Positions 9,440 through 19,145 of a stretch of 64,000 nucleotides of DNA are shown in pieces. This stretch comes from Marispirochaeta sp. (GTDB lineage Bacteria > Spirochaetota > Spirochaetia > JC444 > Marispirochaetaceae), in assembly GCA_963676835.2 (NCBI GenBank), contig CAXXFF010000001.1, forward strand, positions 544,001 to 608,000, in the 5' to 3' direction. A program made the translations under genes and the position numbers. A model generated the notes under the pieces. It was not told the origin of the DNA and made no database searches. It was given only the letters and a program-made list of their open reading frames with translations. The number at the start of each line of letters is the position of its first letter. The stretch's first letter is position 1.

Positions 9440-10709
9440 CTTTCTTTTTTGCCCTTTCTGCGGTTTTCTCTGCATCCCGCTGCATATCAAGTACTTTATC
9501 GGTCCGCCACCAGACCAGATCGGCCTCATACTCCCTGCAGAGAACTGCAGTCAGAATGCCGTCGTTATTGAGATGAAAATCCCGGTAGAAGATCTCCCGG
9601 TCCTGGAGGTTGATCCTGGGGCGGTCGATAACCACGCCGTTACGGTCGACCACCAGAATCTGATACTGTCCCGCGGAAAACGGCCCTATGAGAAAGAAAA
9701 ACCCTCCCCGGGCAACACCGAGAAACTCATGCAGAACCTCTTCGTCCTGGCCTGCCCCGAGTCCGGGGAGTTCCTGCTTGCGGACCACATGGGGAACCTC
9801 CATGGAGCCCTCATACTCTCCAGTGGCAGGATTCAGCCAGTAGAAATAACTTGCATAATAGTCGATTCTGGTTCCGGTCCCGCTGATAGACTCCCGAACC
9901 TCCCGGTAGGTATCGATCTTTACATAGAGGGTATCGTCTTCGGTGTCGGGAATGATTTTTTCCAGAGACGGAATAATCCCCTCTTCATCCGGTGCGGGAA
10001 GATTGGACAACGGTACAGTTACCTGGTATTTCAGGGATCCCCCCGAGGTAAACCAGAACACCAGCCAGGCATCCTCTCCCCGGGAAACGATTATAATATC
10101 ATCCCTGCTGTTTACGTGAATGTTCTCGATGTAGGGAAAGGGAGTACCGCCGATACCCTCCTGTCCGAGATAATCAAGATAGTTACCGGCGGCATCAAAC
10201 CGGCGCACAACCCGGTTAAGGTAGGCATGCATCTCGGGGCTGGTTTCCGCCCGGGCATCCGGAACCGCATCCTCCACCAGCAGATTGCCGCCGCTTGAAA
10301 CCGCTATCTCACCAACCTCCAGAAAAGGGAAAGGAAGTGCTACCCTGCTTGATACCCGGTCATCACCTTCCGGCGTGTTGAGCAGCACCGGTTTGGGATT
10401 GAAATCGGGATTGTAATGCAGGCTGAGAAGGTCTCCGTAGGAAGAGAACTCCATAACCTTGCGTCCCCGGGAGTTGGCGAGAAAGATAATTCCGTCCTTC
10501 ATGTTGACCCTTATACGGTCATCGAAGGAGGAAATCCCGTCATAATAGATATCCAGCTGGTCTTCCATTTTGCCAATGGGAATGGAAAAAAGCTGCTCCT
10601 GTTCGAGGGTGGCGTTCCCTCCGGAAGAACAGGAGAAAAAAAGAACAGGGATAAGAGAAAATAATATAAGCCCCCGCAGGCGGCTGTAGTCGTCGGTACT
10701 GCTTTTCAT
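9423..10709 (-). CDS. spirochaete lipoprotein, LIC_12708-like (beta-propeller-like)
   Basis: Lipobox LFFSC; FSIPIGKMEDQL and YLGQEGIGGTPF motifs; becomes the divergent neighbour of secA if the island is removed. Confidence 0.65.
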   Translation of the reverse strand: MKSSTDDYSRLRGLILFSLIPVLFFSCSSGGNATLEQEQLFSIPIGKMEDQLDIYYDGISSFDDRIRVNMKDGIIFLANSRGRKVMEFSSYGDLLSLHYNPDFNPKPVLLNTPEGDDRVSSRVALPFPFLEVGEIAVSSGGNLLVEDAVPDARAETSPEMHAYLNRVVRRFDAAGNYLDYLGQEGIGGTPFPYIENIHVNSRDDIIIVSRGEDAWLVFWFTSGGSLKYQVTVPLSNLPAPDEEGIIPSLEKIIPDTEDDTLYVKIDTYREVRESISGTGTRIDYYASYFYWLNPATGEYEGSMEVPHVVRKQELPGLGAGQDEEVLHEFLGVARGGFFFLIGPFSAGQYQILVVDRNGVVIDRPRINLQDREIFYRDFHLNNDGILTAVLCREYEADLVWWRTDKVLDMQRDAEKTAERAKKKDEAGT

Positions 10710-10719
10710 AGCTGTCAGG

Positions 10720-10748
10720 ATTCTACAACCGCCATAGTAAAAGGTCAA
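10720..10748 (-). promoter_or_regulatory. sigma70 promoter of the lipoprotein-nnr operon
   Basis: TTGACC-17 bp-TAGAAT, 10 nt upstream of ATG 10709. Confidence 0.6.
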
Positions 10749-10756
10749 CAAAGGGA

Positions 10757-10782
10757 ATTTACTGACTTTCCCCGAACTTTTC
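10757..10782 (+). repeat. left 26-bp direct repeat (attL / target duplication)
   Basis: ATTTACTGACTTTCCCCGAACTTTTC, identical to 20309-20334. Confidence 0.9.
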
Positions 10783-10963
10783 AAAATTGCTTTACGACCA
10801 ATCCAAATTGACGGTAATCGATAATTGGGCTATTATTTACATGGTAAGCCCATGAAAACAGACAGTCAGTCAAAAAGACAGGAACCATCATCTCATCCAA
10901 AAGAATCACAAAAACCAAACAGGCAAAGGCCGGGACAGGGTTTTCCCGGACCACAGATACAAA

Positions 10964-11524
10964 ATGAAGGCTGGAAACCGCGTTCCTGCCGCAGTTAGAA
11001 AACAACGCACCATAACAGGCAGATCGGCTCTTCTCTATGAATACTCACGTTATGTGTATGATCACAGCATTGCCCGCTTCGGCCGGGTCGACCAAAAGGC
11101 TGCCGGTATGCTGTCGACTTCTGTTATTGTCATCGGAGTTGTCTTCGGTCTGGGTTCAGAATGGGTCTATGCGGATTTAACAAACCGCTTATCCACTGCC
11201 TTTTCTCTGCTCTCATGGTTATTTGCAACCGGAATCCTTATATCAGCAGGGATGGCTATCGGCTCAGGAATTGCCGCCCTGAGAATCAGTGAAATTTAAA
11301 CACCGCCTCTCCACGAAGGGGTGCCTGATTACATGCTGGATCAGCCACTTGTAGATTCACACACAGGGGCGGCAACAACCCTGCTTGAGGCAAACATATC
11401 CATTACGGAACAGCTGGACCGCAAAGGACGCAATGTGGAACGGGCTGTTATATGGACAATCGTGCTTATTGCTTTCAGCGCCGCCGCTTTTCTGTCATCT
11501 ATGATCCGTAGTGTGCTGGTTTAG
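10964..11524 (+). pseudogene. 3-TM membrane protein resembling Pycsar effector PycTM/DUF5706, interrupted by an in-frame stop
   Basis: ORFs 10964-11299 and 11321-11524 share a frame, split by TAA 11297-11299; DQKAAGML + 2 TM ... RKGRNVERAV + TM pattern. Confidence 0.5.
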
Positions 11525-11541
11525 AAGGATGCGGGCTCCAG

Positions 11542-11630
11542 CTGCCTTCGACTCCGCTCAAGCACCGCGTCTTAACGGTGAATGCTGCCTTCGACTCCGC
11601 TCAGGCAGCGCTGGTACGACGCGGGGTGAG
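11542..11630. repeat. composite REP-like hairpin element, copy 1
   Basis: Two TGCCTTCGACTCCGCTCA(A/G)GCA units; the second is nested in a CCGCGTC...GACGCGG stem. Confidence 0.85.
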
Positions 11631-11635
11631 AAGTC

Positions 11636-12889
11636 CTACTCTTCATATACCGTAACCATCCCCTCGCCTTCGTAACGCAGCTCACCCTGCTCCTCGGCCA
11701 GGTCAAGGAAGGCGCCGAAGCACCAGCCGGAGAGGCCGTCGGATTCCCGGACTATGCGGTACCAGGGGTGTTCGCCCCAGGGGTCGATGGTCTCTTTGGG
11801 GCCGGAGCGGTCAAGGACTTTTACCGTTTCGCCCTGTTCCAGGAAGCCCATGTGTTTTGCCTGGAGGTTGGGTTTTTCGCGGACACGGATGTGGGTGTCG
11901 GTTACTTTGGCGGTGGTTTCTTTGAAGAGGAGGTTGTGGGTCATTAACCAGTCGCGGAGGGGGGTTGCGTCGACCAGGTACGGATGATAGTCATCCCCAC
12001 CAAAACCCCAACGGAAATTCGGTGAAAACCGGAATGTTGAAGGTTTTCCATTGAGAGTTATATTTAATTTGACTGCCTTAGCCGGTTCTCCTATACGCTG
12101 CAGCCAGTAATTTCCATTCTTCTCATTTGGACCACATGGAATAAGAATGTTCTCGTTACCTACAAAATGGCCTCCATAATCTGCATCCGACCAATCGCCA
12201 CCTTCTTCAAATAAAGTTCCATATCCAATTTGTTTCTGGCCTGCGTCTATTTGGTAGATAGAGAAATCCCTGTCTTCTACTTCTGTATCATCATAGTACT
12301 CATCATTCTCATCTTCATCGATCAACAAATACTCTTTATCCGGGGAAATAGCATGCAGAACACCTTCCACAGGGAATGGTTCCCAGGTTTCATCAGCAAA
12401 GTTAACCAGGGCTACTTTACTGGAAAATGTCCCCGCTTCATCAGACATGAACTTACGCATCTGCACATAACCAAAATCATTTTGGTAATAGAGCATATAG
12501 GACATAGGAAATGAAACTCCAGACATTTTATTTTCAGCCATGAAACGTTGTACAAAAGAATATTCATTAGAGCTTTTAGTTGTTACATTATACAATATTC
12601 CCGGAAGTCGTCGTTCCTGTACAATAATAAACTTATCCTCCCAAGGGCATAATAGATAAGTCCCATACGTCGAACCGATAAAAACTCCATTTAAAGTCCG
12701 TAAATCATACAGCTTAAAATCACGTTGATGATTCTCCGGTAAACTTTCCATAACACATAAAAAATCATTCATTAGTACAGATGAATGCAAAACTTTCCCA
12801 ATCTGTTTTACCGGTTTTAGATCTATAGTCTGAGCATATGACATAACCGCACACAACATTCCCATGACAAGTATTATTCTTTTTTTCAT
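11636..12889 (-). CDS. secreted protein with C-terminal bacterial SH3 (SH3b) domain, paralog 1 (candidate immunity protein)
   Basis: Signal peptide MKKRIILVMGMLCAVMSYA; IRVREKPN...GETVKVL...WYRI...GWCFGAFL SH3b pattern. Confidence 0.8.
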   Translation of the reverse strand: MKKRIILVMGMLCAVMSYAQTIDLKPVKQIGKVLHSSVLMNDFLCVMESLPENHQRDFKLYDLRTLNGVFIGSTYGTYLLCPWEDKFIIVQERRLPGILYNVTTKSSNEYSFVQRFMAENKMSGVSFPMSYMLYYQNDFGYVQMRKFMSDEAGTFSSKVALVNFADETWEPFPVEGVLHAISPDKEYLLIDEDENDEYYDDTEVEDRDFSIYQIDAGQKQIGYGTLFEEGGDWSDADYGGHFVGNENILIPCGPNEKNGNYWLQRIGEPAKAVKLNITLNGKPSTFRFSPNFRWGFGGDDYHPYLVDATPLRDWLMTHNLLFKETTAKVTDTHIRVREKPNLQAKHMGFLEQGETVKVLDRSGPKETIDPWGEHPWYRIVRESDGLSGWCFGAFLDLAEEQGELRYEGEGMVTVYEE

Positions 12890-12938
12890 ACTCTTATTCT
12901 CTCCTCAAGTAAGCATACATGTGTGAAAAACTACCAGA

Positions 12939-14612
12939 CTACTGATTATAATACAGATCCGGATCCCATCGATCTTCCTTCAATACGTCGTCATGCAGAA
13001 TTACAGATGAATGATTCTGATTATACTCTTCAATAGCATCCTGGAACCAAAATGGTAGAGAAAGATCATTATTATTATCATTGAAAAAATAGAGCCAACT
13101 ATGCTGAAACGCATATGTATTAATATCTGCAAGCCAGGAATCAGCAACCGTAGTATCTATTTTTGGTTTTTGGGTAATAGTACCTGAAGAATACTCTGTA
13201 CGCTTTTCTTCATAACTTCCATGGCTTCCTACCAGTCTTGCCCACCACCCATAGGTGTCCAGTCTTTCAGTTGCTCCGGTTACATCAGTCTTTGTAAGGG
13301 TATACAGAGAATGATCAAAACACGAAAGAAGATTTACTCGTTCCCATACATTGCTGCCATTCTCAATAAATGATTCATACACTTCCATATGAATATGCGC
13401 CCCGGTTGAACCTTCGCCGAGGTTTCCAACATAACCAATCCGTTCACCTTTTTTAACCGGCAACAGGAAAATCTTGTTGGGATCCTGTTCTTGCCCTACT
13501 ATAGCCTCAAATTGAGTGGCATTTTGTAATGTCCCGTCTGTATAGTGCGATAAATAGGGAAAGTCTTCCTGGATATTTCCTGAATTACCCATATGACAGA
13601 ATAGGTAAACCCGTCCCTGCCGGGGGTCATCCGGCCTTGTTACTAAAACACCTATCCAACCATATATTTGTGATCTGTAAGCTTGCAGAGAGCCTTGTTT
13701 ATTCTTATCCGAACCGTACACAGGCATTTCATTGGCTGTATCCCAATCTACCGACCTCCACAGATAAAACTCACCATCTTCCGGAGCAAGAAAAACCGCT
13801 CTATTGGATTCGGTATTCCAAAATGTTGTTGCATTTTCATCATCAGCATCTGGTATCGTCGGAATAGCCCTTGAACGGCTAATATCCACACCAAGGTGGT
13901 AGTTAATAAAGTGTCCCGTCACCACACCACTGTTTTCAACCACCCTATTACGCCAGCCATTAAGCTGAGTTATTTTAACCCTGTCTGTTCCCGGAAAAAG
14001 CGGCTGGTCTGTTCTGTAAGACAAAGAGGTTGATGGAAGTTCGCGATGGTAATAATTCTTGGGCGTCGAAACACCTTTAACTTTTCCAGAAACCAAATGC
14101 TGTAGAATACTTTTATCGTTTTCCGTTAACGCTTCATCACCAGTTAAATCAGTTGCATCCGGTTCTATTCGGTAGGCTGCCCGCGGCACCTCCGTCTCCG
14201 GCGGATAATAACTCCTCAACTTAACCTTATACTCATCCAGCAACTCCCACCCCGGCTTCTCCCCCGCCGCGCTCAACTCCCCGGTCGCACTCTTCTTCAA
14301 GAGCCTTCGGGCATGGTATTTACCCGGTTCCAGGCTGAAGCCGCCGAAGCCCCCTGCGGGGTTGCCCCAGGTTGCAAGGCTCACCTGACGCAGGCTGCGG
14401 TTTACGGATATAAGGTAGATGCTGTTCATGTAGTCCTGGGTGGTGGCGCTGCTGTCGAGGCCGGCAAAGTTAGTGCGGACAACCACGCCCAGGTGGGTTT
14501 CGCCGGTGTCATTGGTACGCATAATGAGGTCCCCCGGGCAAATTTGGGAGAGGGAGGGGATTATGGTGGTTATGCGTTCGAGTTCCGGCGATACTGGGAC
14601 TGTACTTTTCAT
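12939..14612 (-). CDS. M23-family zinc peptidase-domain protein, paralog 1 (candidate peptidoglycan-cleaving effector)
   Basis: HLGVD (HxxxD), YLFCHM, VKKGERIGYVGNLG, HIH (HxH); no signal peptide. Confidence 0.8.
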   Translation of the reverse strand: MKSTVPVSPELERITTIIPSLSQICPGDLIMRTNDTGETHLGVVVRTNFAGLDSSATTQDYMNSIYLISVNRSLRQVSLATWGNPAGGFGGFSLEPGKYHARRLLKKSATGELSAAGEKPGWELLDEYKVKLRSYYPPETEVPRAAYRIEPDATDLTGDEALTENDKSILQHLVSGKVKGVSTPKNYYHRELPSTSLSYRTDQPLFPGTDRVKITQLNGWRNRVVENSGVVTGHFINYHLGVDISRSRAIPTIPDADDENATTFWNTESNRAVFLAPEDGEFYLWRSVDWDTANEMPVYGSDKNKQGSLQAYRSQIYGWIGVLVTRPDDPRQGRVYLFCHMGNSGNIQEDFPYLSHYTDGTLQNATQFEAIVGQEQDPNKIFLLPVKKGERIGYVGNLGEGSTGAHIHMEVYESFIENGSNVWERVNLLSCFDHSLYTLTKTDVTGATERLDTYGWWARLVGSHGSYEEKRTEYSSGTITQKPKIDTTVADSWLADINTYAFQHSWLYFFNDNNNDLSLPFWFQDAIEEYNQNHSSVILHDDVLKEDRWDPDLYYNQ

Positions 14613-14823
14613 GATGAGAAAATGGTATCATGCCTTTTCTATTACTTCCAGTATAAGCAGTTACAATCTTCCAAAACAGGTATGGCCATACAGTTTTAAA
14701 ATAGCAATACGATCGACCTGTATGGGTAAAGCAACAATAAGCGGGAACTGCATGATTCTACCGGGAATCTCTCAACGCATATCCGTCTTGCTCCCGCTTT
14801 CTATAGTGCAGTATACTAAAGGC

Positions 14824-15699
14824 ATGAATAGAAAACGTCCTTTAAACCCAATGGATGATATCTTTGTCAAATATCTTCTGGGAACAGAAGAGAACAAAGA
14901 TCTGCTTATAAGCTTTATCAACGCCGTATTGGATGAAAAAGGATATGACCTCGTTTTGGATGTTGAGATTAAAAACCCCTTCAATCCGGCAAAGATTATT
15001 GAGTCCAAGTTTTCTGTTCTGGATATTAAAGCAAAAGACACCAAAGGCAGAATGATCAACATAGAGGTACAGGTTAGCTCAGACCCCTATTTTGCATCAC
15101 GAAGTCTCTACTACTGGGCAAAGATTTACAGTGATCAACTGGAATCGGGGGATCAATACAGAGAGCTGAATCAGACAATATGCATAAACCTTTTGTCGTT
15201 TAATCTCTTTGAAACCCAGGACAGTTTCCACAGCTGTTTTCAGATAACGGAAGTTGGAAAACCGGAAAATATACTTACAGAAGATCTTCAGATTCATTTT
15301 ATTGAAATAGAAAAACTGAAATCTCATCTGGAAAAACATGAGCCAAGAGATACCCTGGAAGGCTGGTGTTATTACTTCTTAAATGAAGGCCTGATCGAGG
15401 AGGACAAGATGCCCGTTTTACTGAAAAAGGACAAAATATTTAACAAAGCCGGCTCAATATACAGAAACTTTACCGCCGATGAAGAAAAAATGGAGCTTAT
15501 TGAAGCCCGTGAAAAATGGCTTAAGGATTACAATTCCAAAATAGAGTCTGTACGTCAGGAAGGACGTCAGGAAGGTCAGCAAGAAGGACGTCAACAGGGC
15601 CATATGGAAGATGCCAGAAACCTCAAGCAGTTGGGGGTTGATTTGGCGATTATTTCCAAGGCAACGGGGTTGGCCCTTGATGTTATTGAGAAATTGTAA
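14824..15699 (+). CDS. Rpn family PD-(D/E)XK nuclease / putative transposase
   Basis: DIFVKYLLG, LDIKA, INIEVQ, RSLYYWAKIY, QIHFIE, C-terminal QEGR repeats and ISKATGL; start at ATG 14824. Confidence 0.92.
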   Translation: MNRKRPLNPMDDIFVKYLLGTEENKDLLISFINAVLDEKGYDLVLDVEIKNPFNPAKIIESKFSVLDIKAKDTKGRMINIEVQVSSDPYFASRSLYYWAKIYSDQLESGDQYRELNQTICINLLSFNLFETQDSFHSCFQITEVGKPENILTEDLQIHFIEIEKLKSHLEKHEPRDTLEGWCYYFLNEGLIEEDKMPVLLKKDKIFNKAGSIYRNFTADEEKMELIEAREKWLKDYNSKIESVRQEGRQEGQQEGRQQGHMEDARNLKQLGVDLAIISKATGLALDVIEKL

Positions 15700-15716
15700 A
15701 GTTTAGTTGATTAGGA

Positions 15717-15810
15717 CTGCCTTCGACTCCGCTCAGGCACCGCGTCATAAAGGTGAATGCGGACCTGCCTTCGACTCCGCTCAGGCATCGCTGGTATGAC
15801 GCGGGGTGAG
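15717..15810. repeat. composite REP-like hairpin element, copy 2
   Basis: Same two-unit structure; perfect 10-bp stem CCGCGTCATA/TATGACGCGG. Confidence 0.85.
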
Positions 15811-15815
15811 GGGCC

Positions 15816-17075
15816 CTACTCCTCATACACCGTAACCATCCCCTCCCCGTTATACCGCAGCTCACCCTGCTCCTCGGCCAGGTTTAGAAACGCTCCGAAG
15901 CACCAGCCGGAGAGGCCGTCGGATTCCCGGACTATGCGGTACCAGGGGTGTTCGCCCCAGGGGTCGATGGTCTCTTTGGGGCCGGAGCGGTCCAGGACTT
16001 TTACCGTTTCGCCCTGTTCCAGGAAGCCCATGTGTTTTGCCTGGAGGTTGGGGTTTTCGCGGACACGGATGTGGGTGTCGGTTACTTTGGCGGTGGTTTC
16101 TTTGAAGAGGAGGTTGTGCGACATTAGCCAGTTGCGGAGGGGGGTTGCGTCAACAAGTCCGTCGCCATGGTCAGTATCACATAGGCCCCAGCGGAAATCC
16201 GGTGAGAACCGGACATAAACCTGTTCTCCGTCAACAGATATTGTCAGTTTGACAGCCTTATTAGGCTCACCAATTCTTTGCAGATAATAATTACATTCCT
16301 TATTATTAAAACCAGCAGGAATTAAAATGTTTTCATTTCCGGCAAATTGACCACCGTAGTCTTTATCCATCCAGTCCGCATCTGTGTAGTCGCCATATCC
16401 ATTTGCCAGTAAATCTTCATCAAATCTATAGATAGAAAAATCCGAGATATCATCAGAAACTACTCTTTCCCCTTCATCAACATCGATCAATAGGCACTCT
16501 TTGTCCGGTGAGATGGCATGCAGAACACCCCTAACCTGAAAAAAATCAGTCTTCCCGGTACTAATGTTTAATATCCCGATTTTACTGCCCCAAGATCCAC
16601 CTTCCTCTGAAAACATTTTCTGCATTTGAATGTAGTAGATATCATTCTGATACGGCAACAGTGCTTCCACGGGTACTGCACCCCATCTATTTGTGTTCTC
16701 TTTGATGAATTGATCCCCGAGAGGAAAACGTTCGGATGTCTGTGTGGTGAAATCGTAGAGATAGCTTCGAATAGGGTTCAACACAACAACCCAGACTCTA
16801 TTGCCTATTGGACCCGCAAGTGCAGTCAGTCCCTCGTACCCACCGAAGACCTCTTTCTGATCACTTAGTACGAATTGGAAAAGATCTGGTGATGTATCTC
16901 CATTTTCAATTCTTTTTCTTCTATACGCAAAAAATGCTTCGTTTGTAAAGAAAGCGCTATTTACAGATAAATGGTTAAAGGTATCAATACCCTTTAGCTC
17001 TATAGTATCTGCAGTGAGATCAAAGGTAGTAAAAATGAAAATATTTACAATAATTATTTTGATGAGTGTCTTCAT
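15816..17075 (-). CDS. secreted protein with C-terminal SH3b domain, paralog 2 (candidate immunity protein)
   Basis: Signal peptide; last ~110 aa almost identical to paralog 1, N-terminal ~300 aa divergent. Confidence 0.8.
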   Translation of the reverse strand: MKTLIKIIIVNIFIFTTFDLTADTIELKGIDTFNHLSVNSAFFTNEAFFAYRRKRIENGDTSPDLFQFVLSDQKEVFGGYEGLTALAGPIGNRVWVVVLNPIRSYLYDFTTQTSERFPLGDQFIKENTNRWGAVPVEALLPYQNDIYYIQMQKMFSEEGGSWGSKIGILNISTGKTDFFQVRGVLHAISPDKECLLIDVDEGERVVSDDISDFSIYRFDEDLLANGYGDYTDADWMDKDYGGQFAGNENILIPAGFNNKECNYYLQRIGEPNKAVKLTISVDGEQVYVRFSPDFRWGLCDTDHGDGLVDATPLRNWLMSHNLLFKETTAKVTDTHIRVRENPNLQAKHMGFLEQGETVKVLDRSGPKETIDPWGEHPWYRIVRESDGLSGWCFGAFLNLAEEQGELRYNGEGMVTVYEE

Positions 17076-17105
17076 CCTTCAACTCCATATTTAATAAGCA
17101 CAACA

Positions 17106-18737
17106 TTAATCGAAATACTTTCTTTCATCCCAGCGGTCTTCCTTGAAAAGATCAGTAAACTTGATCGAGGTTCCATTATTTGTATTGAACTCATTAATCT
17201 CTGCAATCAAGTCATCATAAAACTTTATCCATGTTTGGGCATACTCATATGTATCTTCTGTCCCAAACCAGGACCCCAGTACAGTAGTATCAATTAATGG
17301 GTCAATTGACATAGCGGCTGTTAAGACAACACGGGCAGCATCATACTGATTCCAGCGACCTACGACCCGGGACCACCAGCCATAACTATCCAGAAAACCC
17401 GGAATACTGTTCAACCGATAGAGGGAGGTATCAAAACAGGAAAGAGGATCTACTCTTCTCCAAACTTTATCTCCATCCGATCCAAAGGCTTCATACACCT
17501 CCATATGGATGTGTTTCCCAGTCCCTGCGCCCAGAGCACCCACATAGCCTAATCTATCACCCTTTCTAACATTGAGGATAAGACGTTCATTAATGTTTTC
17601 CTCCATACCAGAGATAACATTAAAATCAGTTTGCCCTTCCGGCAAAGTCGGATCTAATGGCCCGTCAATGTAATCCGCAAGTTGCTCGGCATTAAACGGA
17701 ACTTCTGTGGTTGGCTGACCGCTTCCTCCCATATGTGCAAAGAGATATATCCTACCTGACTCAGGATTATCTGGACGGGTTATAAGAATACCCATGTAGC
17801 CGTAACTATAAGAACTGTGAGCCGCAATAGTTCCTTGTTGATTTTTATCGCCAGAATATACCGGGATTTCTCCAGGCGTCCTCCAGCTGTTTGATCGCCA
17901 GATATAAAAAATACCATCCTCCGGAGCAAGGAATACATCTTTCTGTTCATCATTACCCAATGCAGGATCACGGGAAAAATCGACTCCTGTATGGTAGTTA
18001 ACATAGTGGTATATTATATCGTTACCCTCAGTATCTTGTATCGGTTCCCCATCCTCATCTACAACATTATCCTCTCGGTTTCGCCAGCCGGACAACTGAG
18101 TCACCACAGCCCGGTTTCCTATTGGATATAGTCGTTGGTCGGTCCGGTACGAAAAAGAAGTAGTCGGTAGTTCGCGGTGGTAATAATGGTGTTTATATAA
18201 GCCAATCTCACCTGCCACAAGTTTTTTGATAACACTCTCATCGTTTGCCATCAATGCAGCCTCACCAGTTAGGTCAGTTACATCTGGAACTATCTTATGA
18301 GCTTCCCGCGGAACCTCCGTCTCCGGCGGATAATAACTCCTCAATTTAACCTTATACTCATCCAGCAACTCCCACCCCGGCTTCTCCCCCGCCGCGCTCA
18401 GCTCCCCGGTCGCACTCTTCTTCAAGAGCCTTCGGGCATGGTATTTATCCGGTTCCAGGCTGAAGCCGCCAAAGCCCCCTGCGGGGTTGCCCCAGGTTGC
18501 AAGGCTTACCTGACGCAGGCTGCGGTTTACGGATATGAGGTAGATGCTGTTCATGTAGTCCTGTGAGGTGGCGCTGCTGTCGAGGCCGGTAAAGGTGGTG
18601 CGGACAACCACGCCCAGGTGGGTTTCGCCGGTGTCGTTGGTACGCATTATGAGGTCCCCCGGGCGGATTTGGGAAAGGGAGGGGATTATGGTGCTTATGC
18701 GTTCGAGTTCCGGCGATACTGAGACTGTACTTTTCAT
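17106..18737 (-). CDS. M23-family zinc peptidase-domain protein, paralog 2 (candidate effector)
   Basis: HTGVD, YLFAHM, VRKGDRLGYVG, HIH; first ~144 aa almost identical to paralog 1. Confidence 0.8.
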   Translation of the reverse strand: MKSTVSVSPELERISTIIPSLSQIRPGDLIMRTNDTGETHLGVVVRTTFTGLDSSATSQDYMNSIYLISVNRSLRQVSLATWGNPAGGFGGFSLEPDKYHARRLLKKSATGELSAAGEKPGWELLDEYKVKLRSYYPPETEVPREAHKIVPDVTDLTGEAALMANDESVIKKLVAGEIGLYKHHYYHRELPTTSFSYRTDQRLYPIGNRAVVTQLSGWRNREDNVVDEDGEPIQDTEGNDIIYHYVNYHTGVDFSRDPALGNDEQKDVFLAPEDGIFYIWRSNSWRTPGEIPVYSGDKNQQGTIAAHSSYSYGYMGILITRPDNPESGRIYLFAHMGGSGQPTTEVPFNAEQLADYIDGPLDPTLPEGQTDFNVISGMEENINERLILNVRKGDRLGYVGALGAGTGKHIHMEVYEAFGSDGDKVWRRVDPLSCFDTSLYRLNSIPGFLDSYGWWSRVVGRWNQYDAARVVLTAAMSIDPLIDTTVLGSWFGTEDTYEYAQTWIKFYDDLIAEINEFNTNNGTSIKFTDLFKEDRWDERKYFD

Positions 18738-18850
18738 GATGGGGTGATTTTAGCATGCGCGGGGAAGGATCGCTACCCGGACATATACATCGCCGAGGAC
18801 CTATAAACCATATACCCAAATTCTATAAACAGGAGGAACGTGCTATTTTA

Positions 18851-18894
18851 TTGTCATCAGAGTTATTTTCATGTAACATATTGATATACATGAA
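18851..18894 (+). promoter_or_regulatory. promoter and operator of the antitoxin-yafQ operon
   Basis: TTGTCA-17-TAACAT overlapped by inverted repeat TTCATGTA-11-TACATGAA (18868-18894). Confidence 0.55.
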
Positions 18895-18915
18895 TACAGT
18901 AACGGGGATTTACCA

Positions 18916-19137
18916 ATGAACAGCACAATGAAACAGTTGATCATTGCTGAGCTTGATACACTTTCTGACCGTAAAGGCTACTCTCTACTCGATTATCTTC
19001 ATTTTTTGAGAAATGAAGCTGAAGATTATTTACCAAATGATACAACACTAAACTCAATCAAAGAAGTTGAAGACAATAAAAGTACATTAAAATCGTATTC
19101 ATCTTCGGATGAACTCTTTTCAGACTTGGATATATAG
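18916..19137 (+). CDS. antitoxin (DinJ/RelB-like C-terminus)
   Basis: PNDTTLNSIKE...YSSSDELFSDL acidic tail; directly upstream of yafQ. Confidence 0.75.
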   Translation: MNSTMKQLIIAELDTLSDRKGYSLLDYLHFLRNEAEDYLPNDTTLNSIKEVEDNKSTLKSYSSSDELFSDLDI

Positions 19138-19145
19138 GCCAAGAT

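Noticed and set aside
8919..10298. 459-aa plus-strand ORF
   Set aside because: Antisense shadow of nnr and the lipoprotein gene; no motifs.
14440..14823. N-terminal extension of the Rpn ORF
   Set aside because: Antisense overlap with the M23 gene; Rpn-like sequence starts at ATG 14824, which has its own -10 box.
15553..15600. 12-bp tandem repeat CGTCAGGAAGGA-like
   Set aside because: Encodes the QEGR repeats typical of Rpn C-termini; not an independent element.
12939..18737. Diversity-generating retroelement (TR/VR) explanation for the duplicated blocks
   Set aside because: No reverse transcriptase; differences in the shared blocks are scattered and not adenine-specific.
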